Shown: positions 12,731-23,672 of the stretch, one piece after another
How positions within the stretch are numbered: the first letter of the stretch is position 1
Layout of the letters: the number at the start of each line of letters is the position of its first letter
Assembly (NCBI RefSeq): GCF_009914755.1
Contig: NC_060935.1
DNA: 64,000 bases
Strand: one strand, 5' to 3'
Source: the human T2T-CHM13v2.0 reference genome, Homo sapiens
Made by a program: the position numbers and the translations under genes
The notes under the pieces: generated by a model
Database searches by the model: none
What the model saw: only the letters and a program-made list of their open reading frames with translations
What the model was told of the DNA's origin: nothing

Positions 12731-13478
12731 AAGGTTAGAAGGCAGAAAAGGAGGCAGCGAGGTCCTCGCAGAAACTCTAAACAGGAGTCCAGGTTTGCAA
12801 TGATAAGAAATGGTGGAGGGGGAGAGAGAGAGCCTGGAGGCAGAGCAGAGGACTAGCAGACCAGTTGGATAGACAGGGAGGGAAATAGTGGGGGTAAAGG
12901 GGAAGCAAAGGCAGCTCAGGTTTTTGTTTTCATCAGCTGGTGGTGGGGTGGTGCCATTTAATGACCTTCCTTGATGAGAACTCACAAGCAGTCCCAGAGC
13001 TGCTGCACTCTCCAGGTGGGGCAAGTTCTTTCCTTGTCAGGCTCCACAGCTTCCTGATGGCTCCCAAGTGCCCCCATGGGCTACTTCTATCTGCAGGCCT
13101 TGTTGTCTCTGGGATCAGCCCTTGCCCCCGCAGTAACTTTGTGACTCAGATCGGAGTCACCAAGTACCGGCTTGTACACATTGTCCTCACTGGTTTCATT
13201 TCAAATGTATGTTTTCCAAGCCCCAGCTGGGCTCCTTTTGTCATCCCTAATCCATTCCTTTCTTTTCCGTACTTCCCATGGGAGATGGTGTGTCCTATCC
13301 CTGATTCCTCAAGGCTCCACCCCCACTTATGCCCCTTTCTTCTCCACAAATTACCCGGCCTCCCACTTTGGGAAAAGGCCTTCTTATGTGTCTGCCCCCA
13401 TCCTGCCCTTCTCAGCAGCAGGTGCACTTCCTCCTGTCCCAGGCGAACCTCTGCACTTGTATTGAAACTCGAGGGGCT

Positions 13479-13772
13479 GCCGGGCACAGTGGCTCATGCC
13501 TGTAATCCCAGCACTTTGGGAGGCCCAAGTGGGAGGGTTGCTTGAGCCCAGGAGTCTGACCAACATGGTCAACAGGGTGAATCCCTGTGTCTACTAAAAA
13601 TACAAAAAATTAGCCTGGCTTGGTGGCGCATGTCTGTAGTCCCAGCTACTGGGGAGGCAGAGGTGGGAGGACTACCTGAGCTCAGAAAGTTGAGCCTGTA
13701 GAGCTGAGATCATGCTACTGCACTCCAGCCTGGGGGATGGAAGTGAGACCCTGTCTTAGAAAGAAAAAAAAA
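13479..13772 (+). mobile_element. AluJ
   Basis: Full dimer with A tail and J-type diagnostics (gcttgagcccaggag, gaggtgggagga). Confidence 0.92.
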
Positions 13773-13794
13773 GGGGGGAGAGGGGAACAAACCA

Positions 13795-14040
13795 GAGGAG
13801 CCTAGAGTCAGGCAGATATGTTGATATGTTTTCATATCATATTGGGTTTGAATCTCTGATCTTCTGTAAACTGGCTGCCTGACCTTGGGAGAGCTATTTA
13901 ACCTCTCTCAGCCTGCTTCCTTCCCTCTAAGTGGGGCTAGTAATAACTACATATTATTAGACGAAACATGGAAAGTACTTGGTACAGGCAGGGCTGGTAT
14001 ATAGGAAGAACTCAATACGTGGCAACGTAGTCACTGTTAT
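13795..14040 (+). mobile_element. MIR
   Basis: tgggtttgaatctctg...tgaccttggg...ttaacctctctcagcct core. Confidence 0.7.
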
Positions 14041-14590
14041 TATAATTTTGTCCCTCTTCCCGAGACCTTACTTCTTCAGTTACCTTCATACCCATCTTTC
14101 TCCCTGAAGGGAGCACAGGAAATGGAAGAAACACTGGACTCTGAGCTGGAGAGGCCAAAATGGCTTTTGGAGCCAGGCTGTCCTCCTTCCAGAAGGACCT
14201 GAGAAGCTGTTCCAGACAAGACAGAGCAAGCTTCTGGGAATCTAAACAGCCAGGGAAGGTCCAATGTGAGTCACTTCCTCAGTTAGGCACCAAGGCAGTG
14301 ACAGAAGTAGCATTTCCTGGCCATGACTTTGCTGAGGTTGTCCTGCTGTTTTTGGAAAGGTATTGCTTTTTAGGCTTCATAAAGGGGGACTGTATCTTAG
14401 TTCAGGATGCACAGCCACTGCTTAGTCTCTTGGGATTCTCCAGGTACATGGGGTTAAGGAAGCTGGGGAGGAAGTGGTGTGACCGGCCCTACACAGCCCA
14501 TGCTGGTCTTACACCCTGATGGCCTTTCCTCCCTGACCTGAACAACCTTTATTTCATTGTTAGGGAGGCTAAGCTATGACTCCTCCCACT

Positions 14591-14780
14591 GGAGCAATTC
14601 TCAAAGTTTAGCAGACATCAGAATCTCCTAGGAGACTTGTTCAAATGCAGCTTGCTAGACGGTAGTGACAGATTTTCTGATTCAGTCGCTGTGGGGTGAA
14701 ACCTGAGAATTTGCATGTTGTTATAAGATCCCAGGTGTTGTCAAGATAGCTGGTCTAGGACCACTCTTTGAAAACCACCA
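14591..14780. mobile_element. MER5A (hAT-Charlie MITE)
   Basis: ttctcaaagttt...catcagaatc...gagaatttgcat...ctttgaaaaccac. Confidence 0.75.
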
Positions 14781-15374
14781 CCCTAGAGAGTTGCATGTTT
14801 GCACAATAATTTGTCCTTTGGCATCCCGTCTGAGGGCAGGGCATGATGTAGGGGAAAGACAAAGGGGCAGGAATCTTGGGTTCTTATTTTCACTAATTTA
14901 CTCTGTGGCTGTATTTCTGAAGATGGTCTTGATTGTGAGTAAGGGATTATTGCTTGTTACTCTAAGACACATATGGACATTGTTGGAAGGATACTAGGGA
15001 CTCTCTCTAAATTCAAGGAAGAGATTATAGTTAAGGTTTGGGAAGGGCAAGGCAGCCTTGGAATTTATTTTCTGCTGTCCAGGGCACTCTGGTCAGGTAG
15101 TTCAAATTCTAAATGCTGATAAGAAGTGATCTATTTGGCTCACAAGCAACAGGACTTTCCTACCCTCCCCCACGTAGCCAATAAGCCTCAGCAGGTATTC
15201 AGTGGAGCAGACGTATACAGGACAGGGTCAAGTAAAGAGGCAGGGCTGCTCCCCAGCTCCCACCAACCTGAACTGAGCAGCTTACTACAGAGGCCATGAC
15301 TGGGATTCTTCCCCTGCCTGGGCCTCAGTTTTCTTATCTGTACCATGAGGGGTTTGGGTTAGAACTTCATCACT

Positions 15375-15740
15375 AGATTAGTGTTTCTCAAAGTTGGCCT
15401 GCATCATAATTGCTTGGGATGCTAGAAAATAGAGACCCACAATGTCCCATGGTGTGCTACTAAGTGATCAACAACAGGCTTTCCAAAACAAAACAAAACA
15501 CAACACCCTAATTTATAGCGTTTGCTCAATTTCTGTAGTGTAAATAAATACTTCTACCTTGGTCAAGTTCAAGCTAACAATGTGAAGTCACTGAACGTCA
15601 CTCGGGAAGAGAGGTGCATGTGGGCTCCAGCACACCACCCACCTACTGACTCAGAAACACTGAGGGAGGCCTTGGACTCTGCATTTTGCCCCCCTTCAGG
15701 TGATTTTAGTGGATCGTAAAATTTCAGAACCCCTGCATCC
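15375..15740. mobile_element. MER5A-like element with nested MER63A-like hAT element (about 15447-15640)
   Basis: Outer ends gtgtttctcaaag / ttcagaacccctg; inner TIRs tggtgtgct / agcacacca, with ttcaagctaacaatgtgaagtcactgaac inside. Confidence 0.65.
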
Positions 15741-16362
15741 AGAGATCTCTGAGGGCTTTTCTGTCCCTTCTGTCTCTCCATTCTAATTATATTACAAGTT
15801 CTCACACTGGCTTTGGGAATTGGGGATCATTTTCCTTCTTGTAAGAATTGCAGAGCAAGGCCTGGAGAGATAGATGCCATTGCCCAAGTGAGTTAATGAT
15901 GCATCTGCACCAGCCTGTCTGGTACTCTGTCTCCTTGTCCTCTGTGAGGGCCCTATCTCTCCATCCTGGGGGCAGGGCAGCATCTTGATGTGCACGTCTC
16001 AGGGGGATACTGGAGGTTGCAGCTGTGGATACTGGGACCCATGCCCATTGCTCATCTCTAAGGGTGGGGCTGGATTTCAGCTGCTATCACTATGACCTTT
16101 TGATCTCTTATCTCCATCCCTGGAACTGAGAGCCTGCCTGGCCATCGCTATTTTTGTGCAGGTCCCTCATCTTGATAACTTCTCTGTGCAGATAGAGGAC
16201 AGAGTGGAGGATGCTGTTTTTTGTCTTGAGGTGTGCTGGGGCAGAGAGAGCCATGACAGAGCCCATGAAAGACCCACCAATAGATGCCAGGGGTGACACA
16301 GAAGTTGGGAAGAGAAAAGTTAGGCAAAAAAGTGTACAAACTACTGAAAAGGTTAAAAATTC

Positions 16363-16674
16363 TTTTTTTTTTTTGAAAGTGTCCTACTCTGTTGTCAAGG
16401 GTGGAGTGCAGTGGTGTGATCATAGCTCACTGTAACTTTGAACTTCTGGGATCAAGCAGTCTTCCTCCTATCCTCCTGCCTCAGCCTCCTGAGTAGCTGG
16501 GACCACAGGTGCACACCACTTTTCCTGGCTAATTTTTTATTTTTATTTTTTTTCAAAGATGAGGTATAGCTTTGTTGTTTAGGCTGGTCTTGAACTTTTA
16601 GCTTCCACTTATCCTCCCACCTCAGCCTCCCAAAGTGGTACTGGGATTACTGGTGTCAGCCGCTGCTCCTGGCC
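16363..16674 (-). mobile_element. AluJ
   Basis: Poly(T) followed by an antisense Alu dimer with J-type features. Confidence 0.9.
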
Positions 16675-16784
16675 CAGGATTGTACATTTAAGGAGCTTTC
16701 AGAAGAGATCATCTTTATGCTGTAATTAGGTTGGAAATTTAGTTTTGAACTGGAATCATCCCTGACTTTCTCTTATTCTAGAGA

Positions 16785-16870
16785 GTAGTGGTTCTCAAAG
16801 CATGATCTCCAGATCAGTAGTATCAACATCACCTGGGAACTTTTTAGAAATGCAAATTCTTCAGCTCAGA
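16785..16870. mobile_element. MER5A fragment
   Basis: agtggttctcaaag...catcacctgggaactt.ttagaaatgcaaattct. Confidence 0.7.
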
Positions 16871-18029
16871 ATATCTCCCCATCTTAGAGCTATTGCCTGA
16901 ATCACCATGATTCCTTATTCATTTGTGGAGATTAAGCACTCCTCCCTCAAAAAACTCTTCCAATGCTGGTGCCCCATGGGACTGCCATGCTGGGCTATGT
17001 TCTCTGACTACAGGGTGGATGAGCTTGTGACAACAGAAACAGTTGGGGAATTCTGGGTTGGGGATAGGGGAAATCACAAGAGACAATAGAGACTACCCTG
17101 GCTATAACAGGCCTTCTTAGGCACTTTCTATTGTGGCTGCTTAGAAGGAGGCCTGAGGCCAGCACACATCCTGCCCCTTGGAGATACCTAGCATAGCATG
17201 GCAACTTCAAGCAGTGGATAAGCTCCTGGCGGACTGAACTCTTTGGATCTCTCCTGCATGTCTGTCCTCTCAACTCTCTGGACTCAGGACTTCATTGCCT
17301 GTCCCAAAAGGAAAAGGACTTTTCTGCCCTCCCCTACGTGGCCAATAAGCCACAAGAAGTATGTGGTGGAACAAATGCAGGAGAGGGTGGAGTGGCCTGG
17401 CCCCAACCCCTGTCTCCTCTCGTTCCACCAGGGTTTTGCCATCTTCCTACAGTATAACTTCAACTCCCTCGGGCAACACGTGCTCTGCTCTACCCAATGC
17501 TTGGGCTCCTGTGCCAGGCCTTGTCCCAAGGGCCCTGTTTATATTCATCTGGGCCTGAAGGACAGGATCCTAGCATTGGAGGCTGGTCAGTGCTCAGAGC
17601 CTCGGAGGTGCTCCCTCCTTGGAAGTGCGATCCCTTCAGAAGAGTGTAGCTGAGGCTTCTTTCAGTGACTATCTAGGGAATACTGGGGAAACAATTTGGA
17701 GCTGAGGCTGGGGGTTGACTATGAACCTGGCAGACTGCAGTGTAAACCTGAAGTCTTTCCTCCATTTAGGTCTGAACTTGTCCTTCCTAAAGTGATGTGT
17801 GAAGCTGGTGGATCTGGGATAGGCCATCTGGACAGGAGAAGAATGTGGAGTCAGGCTGGAGGGGACCTTTGCCTGATACAGCTCTGGACCAGTCCTGAGG
17901 CGCCTACTTTGGTTTAGGTGAAATAAGCTATTTGTGGGTACACCTCTGAGCATGTGCATGTGTCTTTACCTGTGTGTCTTTCTGTGCATCCATAAGGATT
18001 CCCATGTGTATTTGTGTAGAGTCTCCATC

Positions 18030-18350
18030 TCACCAGCTGTGAGGCCACAGACAGGTGATTTAAACCACCTGGCCTCCCTTTTCTGTGTCTGTATTATGGG
18101 GATAATAATAACTTTTATAAAAGGTTACTATGGCAGCAAAATGAAACATGCACATAAGCTTCTTAGCACAGTTCCTGGTGCTCATGTGTTAGGCTGTTAT
18201 TATCAATGTCTTGGGTAAGTTACTTACTGAGGCCCTCCCTGGGCCTCAGTTTCTTCATGTGTAAAATAGGGATAATACCAGAACCTAGTACTGTTCTAAG
18301 GATTAGAGCAATTGATACCTATGAAGTTCTCGTATATGCAATAAATGTTA
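18030..18350 (+). mobile_element. Two MIR fragments upstream of exon 1a
   Basis: MIR cores such as cttagcacagttcctgg and gggcctcagtttcttcatgtgtaaaataggg. Confidence 0.65.
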
Positions 18351-18571
18351 ATGATTAGAATGTATATTATCTTTGTGTCTGGATGTGTCTGGATGAGAAT
18401 ATCTGAGTTTGTAAATGTCTCTGAGCATGTCTTGCTGCTGGTGTGTGTATACACACATGTATATATGTGTTTAGGTGTGTTTATATAGCCAGACAGGCCC
18501 AGTCTCTCTGGTGGAGTTTGCTGTTGGCCCAAGCCTGGACTCCCTGAGCCAGCTAGGGCCGGCGCCGGGGA

Positions 18572-18581
18572 TGGAATTTCC
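18572..18581 (+). promoter_or_regulatory. NF-kB/c-Rel-type site TGGAATTTCC upstream of exon 1a
   Basis: Same sequence as the IL8-type kB element; about 250 bp upstream of ATG 18830. Confidence 0.45.
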
Positions 18582-18829
18582 ATTAAGAATTAAGCAGGAC
18601 AGCACAGCATTGAGAAGTCAGGCAGACAGAGGGGAGGGGGTCGAGGGGGAGGAAGCTTCAACTCTGAGCTCCCTTGGGCAGCCTCAGTACTGAACTGCCT
18701 TGGACAAGCTTTGCCTTGAGTCACAGGCCTTCTCAGGGCCATGGCCCAGAAGGGTGGGCAAAGGGAAAGAAGCTGTTCACAGGGGCCTCTGTAAGGAGAC
18801 TTGGAGTCGCTGCAGCCAAGGCTGGAGCC

Positions 18830-18925
18830 ATGAGACGGCCCCCTGGCAATGGAGAGGCGGCCAGCGAAGGTCCAGGTGGCTGGGGTCTATGGGGAGTCCA
18901 GGAGTCCAGGAGGCTGTGCTGTGCC
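18830..18925 (+). CDS. INSC: INSC exon 1a coding part (long-isoform N-terminal extension, 32 codons)
   Basis: ggagccATG at 18830 encodes MRRPPGNGEAASEGPGGWGLWGVQESRRLCCA, which matches my recall of the long human INSC N-terminus. Phase-0 donor GCC|gtatgt at 18926 joins in frame to exon 2 (GHDRCK...). Confidence 0.93.
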
Positions 18926-18946
18926 GTATGTATCTGGGAAGGTGGA

Positions 18947-18951
<5 letters not shown>

Positions 18952-18995
<44 letters not shown>
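18952..18995 (+). repeat. (GT)22 microsatellite
   Basis: Perfect dinucleotide run read directly from the sequence. Confidence 0.97.
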
Positions 18996-18997
<2 letters not shown>

Positions 18998-19396
18998 TGG
19001 GAAGTGGGGGGGGGGGCATTTATGCCAAGTGCCTCCAGGGAACATCTAACAAACCAAGTCTGTTCCTCTCTTACCCTGAAACCCACACACAGAGTTTGGG
19101 CCTGGAAATAAAAGAACTTTGAGGCTTTTTTGCTAACATCGATCTGTTTATGATCTAAGCCTCATTCTATTTCTAGCATATAATAAAATATCTTAGTTTT
19201 CCAGGTGCTTTACATCCTTGACCTCACTTCATACTTTCAACAACCTCATGAGCTGGGCAGAGATTTTTATGTTCCCCAATGTACATATGGGAAAACTGAT
19301 GCTCAGAGAGGTTAAGTGATTTGTCCAAGGACTCATCACTAGAAAGTAGTAGAGGCAGGATGCAAAACAGGTTTCTTTGAGGAAGAATTGGAGACT

Positions 19397-19583
<187 letters not shown>

Positions 19584-19869
19584 TGATGCAATCTCACTCT
19601 GTTGCCAGGCTGATGTGCAGTGGCACAATCTTGGCTCACTGGCTCACTGCAACCTCCGACTCATTGGTTCAAGCTATTCTCTTGCCTCAGCCTCCTGAGT
19701 AGCTGGGGTAACAGGCACATGACAACTCGCCCAGTTAATTTTTGTATTATTAGTAGAGATGGGGTTTCACCATGTCGGCCAGGATGGACTTAATCTCCGG
19801 ACTTTGTGATCTATCCACCTTGGCCTCCCAAAGAGCTGGGATTACAGGCGTGAGCCACCACTCCCGGCT
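19584..19869 (-). mobile_element. AluS (AluSc-like)
   Basis: Antisense dimer with gttgccaggctg and ccaggatgg diagnostics. Confidence 0.88.
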
Positions 19870-20359
19870 GAGACTATTCTTATCATACCACCTGCCCTAC
19901 CGGAAACAGACTCAGAGAGAAGATTCTGCAAACAGTCTGTAAGACTGTGGTTTCAGTGGTAATGCCCAGCCAGGCGGCACCAAGCCCTGTCCCCAGCCCT
20001 AGACAGCACTTGTTGAAACAGGAACTGAGGCCCCTCTCAGGGAACTTGGGGAGTAGAATCAGGCTGTTCTGGATGACTGGAGGGTAGAGTTGAAGCTGGC
20101 TTGTCTGAGAGGAATGATTTGGCCACCTTCTGAGCCCTGGGCCCCCAGAGAGCTGAGGAGGAGAGTTAATATCAGAGAGCTACTGTGTGTGTTCGAGTCC
20201 AGGGAGCAGCAGTTAGCTTCAGCCAGAGCCTGAAAAAAGAAATAGAGATTATTAGCATTAAGGAAGAGAAGGCTGCAGTGGGACCTCGGCGTGGTCGTTT
20301 TGTCATGGGGACTGAGTTGAGCTCCTTCTCCCTGAATACATATTGTGAGCAAATTGACA

Positions 20360-20600
20360 TAGTTTGCATGTGAGAGATTTAGGTTAGATGTCAAGGAGAT
20401 CTTTCTGTCAGTAAGAGAGTTCAAGCTTTGGAACAGGGCTCAAGGGAGACCAGGGGCTGCCTTTGCTTGAGGACCTCCAAGAATAGGTCAAGATTCTCTG
20501 GGCTCTGGGAGCCTCATAGCAAGATGGCGGAGGCGGGGGAGGGGGGGTTGTATGAAATGATCTGGAAGCTTTCTTCCAGGTCAAAAATGCCACATTCCCG
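20360..20600 (+). mobile_element. L3/CR1 3' fragment
   Basis: gagatttaggttagatgtcaaggag...ctttctg...tggaacaggg...cttccagg. Confidence 0.6.
20520..20530 (+). promoter_or_regulatory. YY1 motif CAAGATGGCGG
   Basis: Near-perfect match to the YY1 consensus AAGATGGCGGC with its CpG retained. Confidence 0.5.
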
Positions 20601-20657
20601 AGCTTTTGGGTAGGAATCAAGTTCCTCTAGATTTAGCTATTTGACAGAGTCCAGGAC

Positions 20658-20681
20658 GGGGGTGGGGGGTGGGGGGTGGGG
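20658..20681 (+). other. G-quadruplex motif G5TG6TG6TG4
   Basis: Four G-runs of at least 4, separated by single T loops. Confidence 0.8.
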
Positions 20682-20923
20682 TCTGATCTTATGTGCCGAA
20701 GTTAGAAGGAGTTTCTGCAACAACCCCTGGTCATTTTTGGCAGGTCCAAGATGTGGAGGGTGACTTAGGTGTGTGTGAGCAAGGTTCCAGAGGGAAGCAC
20801 CTGCGGTGAATAAACCGTCTCATTCTAGGCGTTTGGGGTCTATGAAAGCTGGGTGGCTTCCTCCTTCCTAGCAAGTGAACTGCACCCAAATCCCTCCTTG
20901 TTTTGTTTCAGCTCCAAGGGAAA

Positions 20924-21414
20924 CGATCGCGGCACATTCCCTTCCCCTCTCCAGATGTTGGCATGCGGGGCACCTTGTGGGCGACCCCGCCTGGACGGCT
21001 TCGCGGCTCCCGGGCGATCACCCTGGTGCCTGCCGCCTGGCCCGGGGGAGCCCGGTCTCTAATTAGGCCTGACCGCGTCCCCATTCCAGCGCTCCTGCAG
21101 ATGGGAGGGAGGGCCATGTTTCCCCCCCTAGGGGCACCGAAATAGCCTCGTAGTCCCGCGGAGACAGCAGGCAGCCGTGGCTGACGCGGGACCAAGGCTT
21201 GGCAGGGAGCGCGCTGCTGTGGAAGGTCCTTGGGAGGCTGCGACCGCCTCGGAGAGGGCGGGCGGGGGAGAACGGGGCGGGGGGTGGGGCGGGGGCCAGG
21301 GGCGGCCTCTCGGGCTGGGCCGGCAGAGCGGCCACTTTGCGCGCGGCCTCTGGAGCTCCAGCTGCGCCCCGCCACCACTGGCCGCTCGCACTACCAGCCT
21401 GTCTCGCACGCTAA
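20924..21414. promoter_or_regulatory. CpG island promoter of INSC exon 1b with SP/KLF GC boxes
   Basis: Dense CpG and high GC against CpG-depleted flanks; repeated GGGCGG/GGGGCGGGG at about 21256-21296. Confidence 0.88.
21300..21414 (+). other. INSC: INSC alternative non-coding first exon 1b (5' boundary approximate)
   Basis: Lies at the 3' end of the CpG island, downstream of a GC-box cluster, contains no ATG, and ends at the consensus donor ctaa|gtaagt (21415). Consistent with the known short INSC isoform starting in exon 2. Confidence 0.8.
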
Positions 21415-23108
21415 GTAAGTAGACAGCTCCCCTAGCTGGATTCAGGGGGCTGGTGATGCCTCTGCTAGCCTAGTTGGGAACAGTGCAGGTTTGTCACTAA
21501 TTGGATAGTAGGTGTAAGTGTGTCAGTGGGAGTGCTTGTGAAGGGGAGCTTGCGCCAGTGTGAGGGAGTGTGTCTGGATGGGATGTCCACATGTGGAATT
21601 TTCTAGCATGTGCCCCAGGGTGCGAGTGTGGGTGAACGAGTGTGTCAGAGTGTGTGGTGGCCTGGAGTGGGCCACAGGTATTTGCCTGTGTGGCACCTGC
21701 TGCCCTGGGTGCACTGTGTCTGTACCTGTGGAAATGCCTGTGTGTGTGGCAGGAAGGCCCCCAGGTGGGCTGAGCCAGTCCACATGTGGATGAGTGGATG
21801 TGCCAGTGTGAACCCAGGAAGGCAGAAATTGGGGCTAGGGAGTGTTATCTGAACTCAGGCTTTCTAAGGTGACCTGACTTGTCCCAGCTGGGGTGTCTTC
21901 TCTGTGGGTCATTCAGCTTTGGTTTCTCAGGGCTTGGAGAAGGACAGAAGCTCAGAGCCCTCACACAACACTGGACTGAATGTGGCTCTGACTAACCCCA
22001 TCTGGCTAGACCAGGGTCAGGGAGACAGCTTGGGAGACCCCACTCTTAAACCAGGAGAAGAGACAGGAGGCCAGGGGATGAGTGGACCATATGGCCATGG
22101 CCACCCACAAACACTCGCAGTGCACCCACGCTTACATGCTCAGCATACACACATTCCTGTCCATGTGCACCAGTCTTGCACACACTCTTCTCAGGATAGC
22201 CATGCAACCATTCACACTTTCAACATGTATACCTGTGGACAACGACATGTATGCAACATGCACCCACTTTGTTCAATGCATATGCGCAAATGTATCCCTG
22301 GTGTGGCCCCACCCTCAGCCGCTAGCCTCCTCCCACTTTTGCCCCTTTTAATCTATATATTATACCTCTGACAATGGGTCCAAGAAACTGGCCTCAGTGG
22401 GGAATATTTTAAGTCAGGGACTTTGGCTGTGGGGGTCAGGGCAGATGGTGATGTGGTGCCTTTGAGGGGTTCCATTGAATCTGAAACTGAGGCTGTCCAT
22501 GGAGCTCAGCCAGAGAGCATCTTGTCCCTTTAGCTCTGGGACTTAGAAGCACTGTTCGCCCTTTTAGAAGTGAAAACTTCCAAACACTGCCTTTGGAAGG
22601 CAAGCCAGGTCAGGCTGGGATCTGACATGGAGCTCAGCATATATAATTTGCTCCATGCTGTAGTTTATACTCTGGATTACACTTGCTGCAGAGAAGCAGT
22701 GACCTTTCTGGGTTGGGTCCCAAGGCAACCATTTGGCAGGGAGGACAGTGAATTGAGCTGGGTTGATTCTTTCTCTTCTTTGGTTTCGTTCAACCCTACT
22801 TTGAGTCTCCCTCCCACAGGCTGGTGGAGGGATGGCATTTGCTCTGCTCCTCTCCTTTCTTCCAGTGGTTATCTTTTTTTCTGGACAGAATCTTCTCCAT
22901 GACCTCCTCCCCCTGGTGACCACTGGGCACACACTATACAGCGCTTGGAAGAGTAGGTGCCCTAAAATACCAGCTGAGTGGTGGTGTTATTCTTCTTAGT
23001 AGAGCTTCTAGACCTGTCCCATCCTGGCTATTCTCTTCTGAATACTTCAGTGAGGTACCCAGACTAAATGTGCTCTTTCAGCTGGGAAGTTAGAAAGATG
23101 GTATTGAG

Positions 23109-23214
23109 CTTCCTTCCTTCCCTTCCTTTCTTCCTTCCTTCTCTTTCTCTCTTTTCCTTCCTTCCTTCCTTCCATTCTTTCTTTTTTTCTTCCTTCCTTT
23201 CTTTTCTTTTCTTT

Positions 23215-23269
<55 letters not shown>

Positions 23270-23393
23270 CTCTCTCTCTCTCTCTCTCTCTCCCCCTCCC
23301 TCCCTCCCTCCCTCCCTCCCTCCCTCCCTCCTTCCTTCCTTCCTTCCTTCCTTCCTTCCTTCCTTCCTTCCTTCCTTCTTTCCTTCCTTCTTT
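23109..23393 (+). repeat. Compound pyrimidine STR (TTCC/TTTC/TC/TCCC), expanded Alu tail
   Basis: About 285 nt almost purely C/T. Confidence 0.95.
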
Positions 23394-23672
23394 GATGGAG
23401 TCTTGCTCTATCGCCCAGGCTGGAGTGCAGTGGCATGATCTCAGCTCATTGCAACCTCTGCCCCCCGGATTCAAGCGATTCTCCTGCCTCAGCCCCTGAG
23501 TAGCTGGGATTATAGACCCCCACCACCATGCCCAGCTAATTTTTGTATTTTTAGTAGAGATGGGGTTTTTCCATGTTGGTCAGGCTGGTCTTGAACTCCT
23601 GACCTCAGGTGATCTGCCTGCCTAGGCCTCCGAAACTGCTGGGATAACAGGTGTGAGCCACCATGCCTGGCC
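23394..23672 (-). mobile_element. AluSx-like
   Basis: Antisense dimer containing cctgacctcaggtgatc. Confidence 0.9.

Noticed and set aside
12940-13545. 201-aa ORF, the longest in the track
   Set aside because: Non-ATG start, no recognisable domain, and it runs into an Alu; most likely a chance ORF.
17696-17920. Possible additional upstream INSC exon
   Set aside because: Only a weak donor-like site (tttag|gtgaaa) and no support I can verify from sequence alone.
18674-19111. 145-aa ORF as a single-exon protein
   Set aside because: Only 18830-18925 is exonic; the rest is upstream sequence and intronic (GT)n read-through.
20853-21422. Several overlapping Pro/Arg/Gly-rich ORFs
   Set aside because: Stop-codon depletion in a CpG island; none matches INSC or another protein I recognise.
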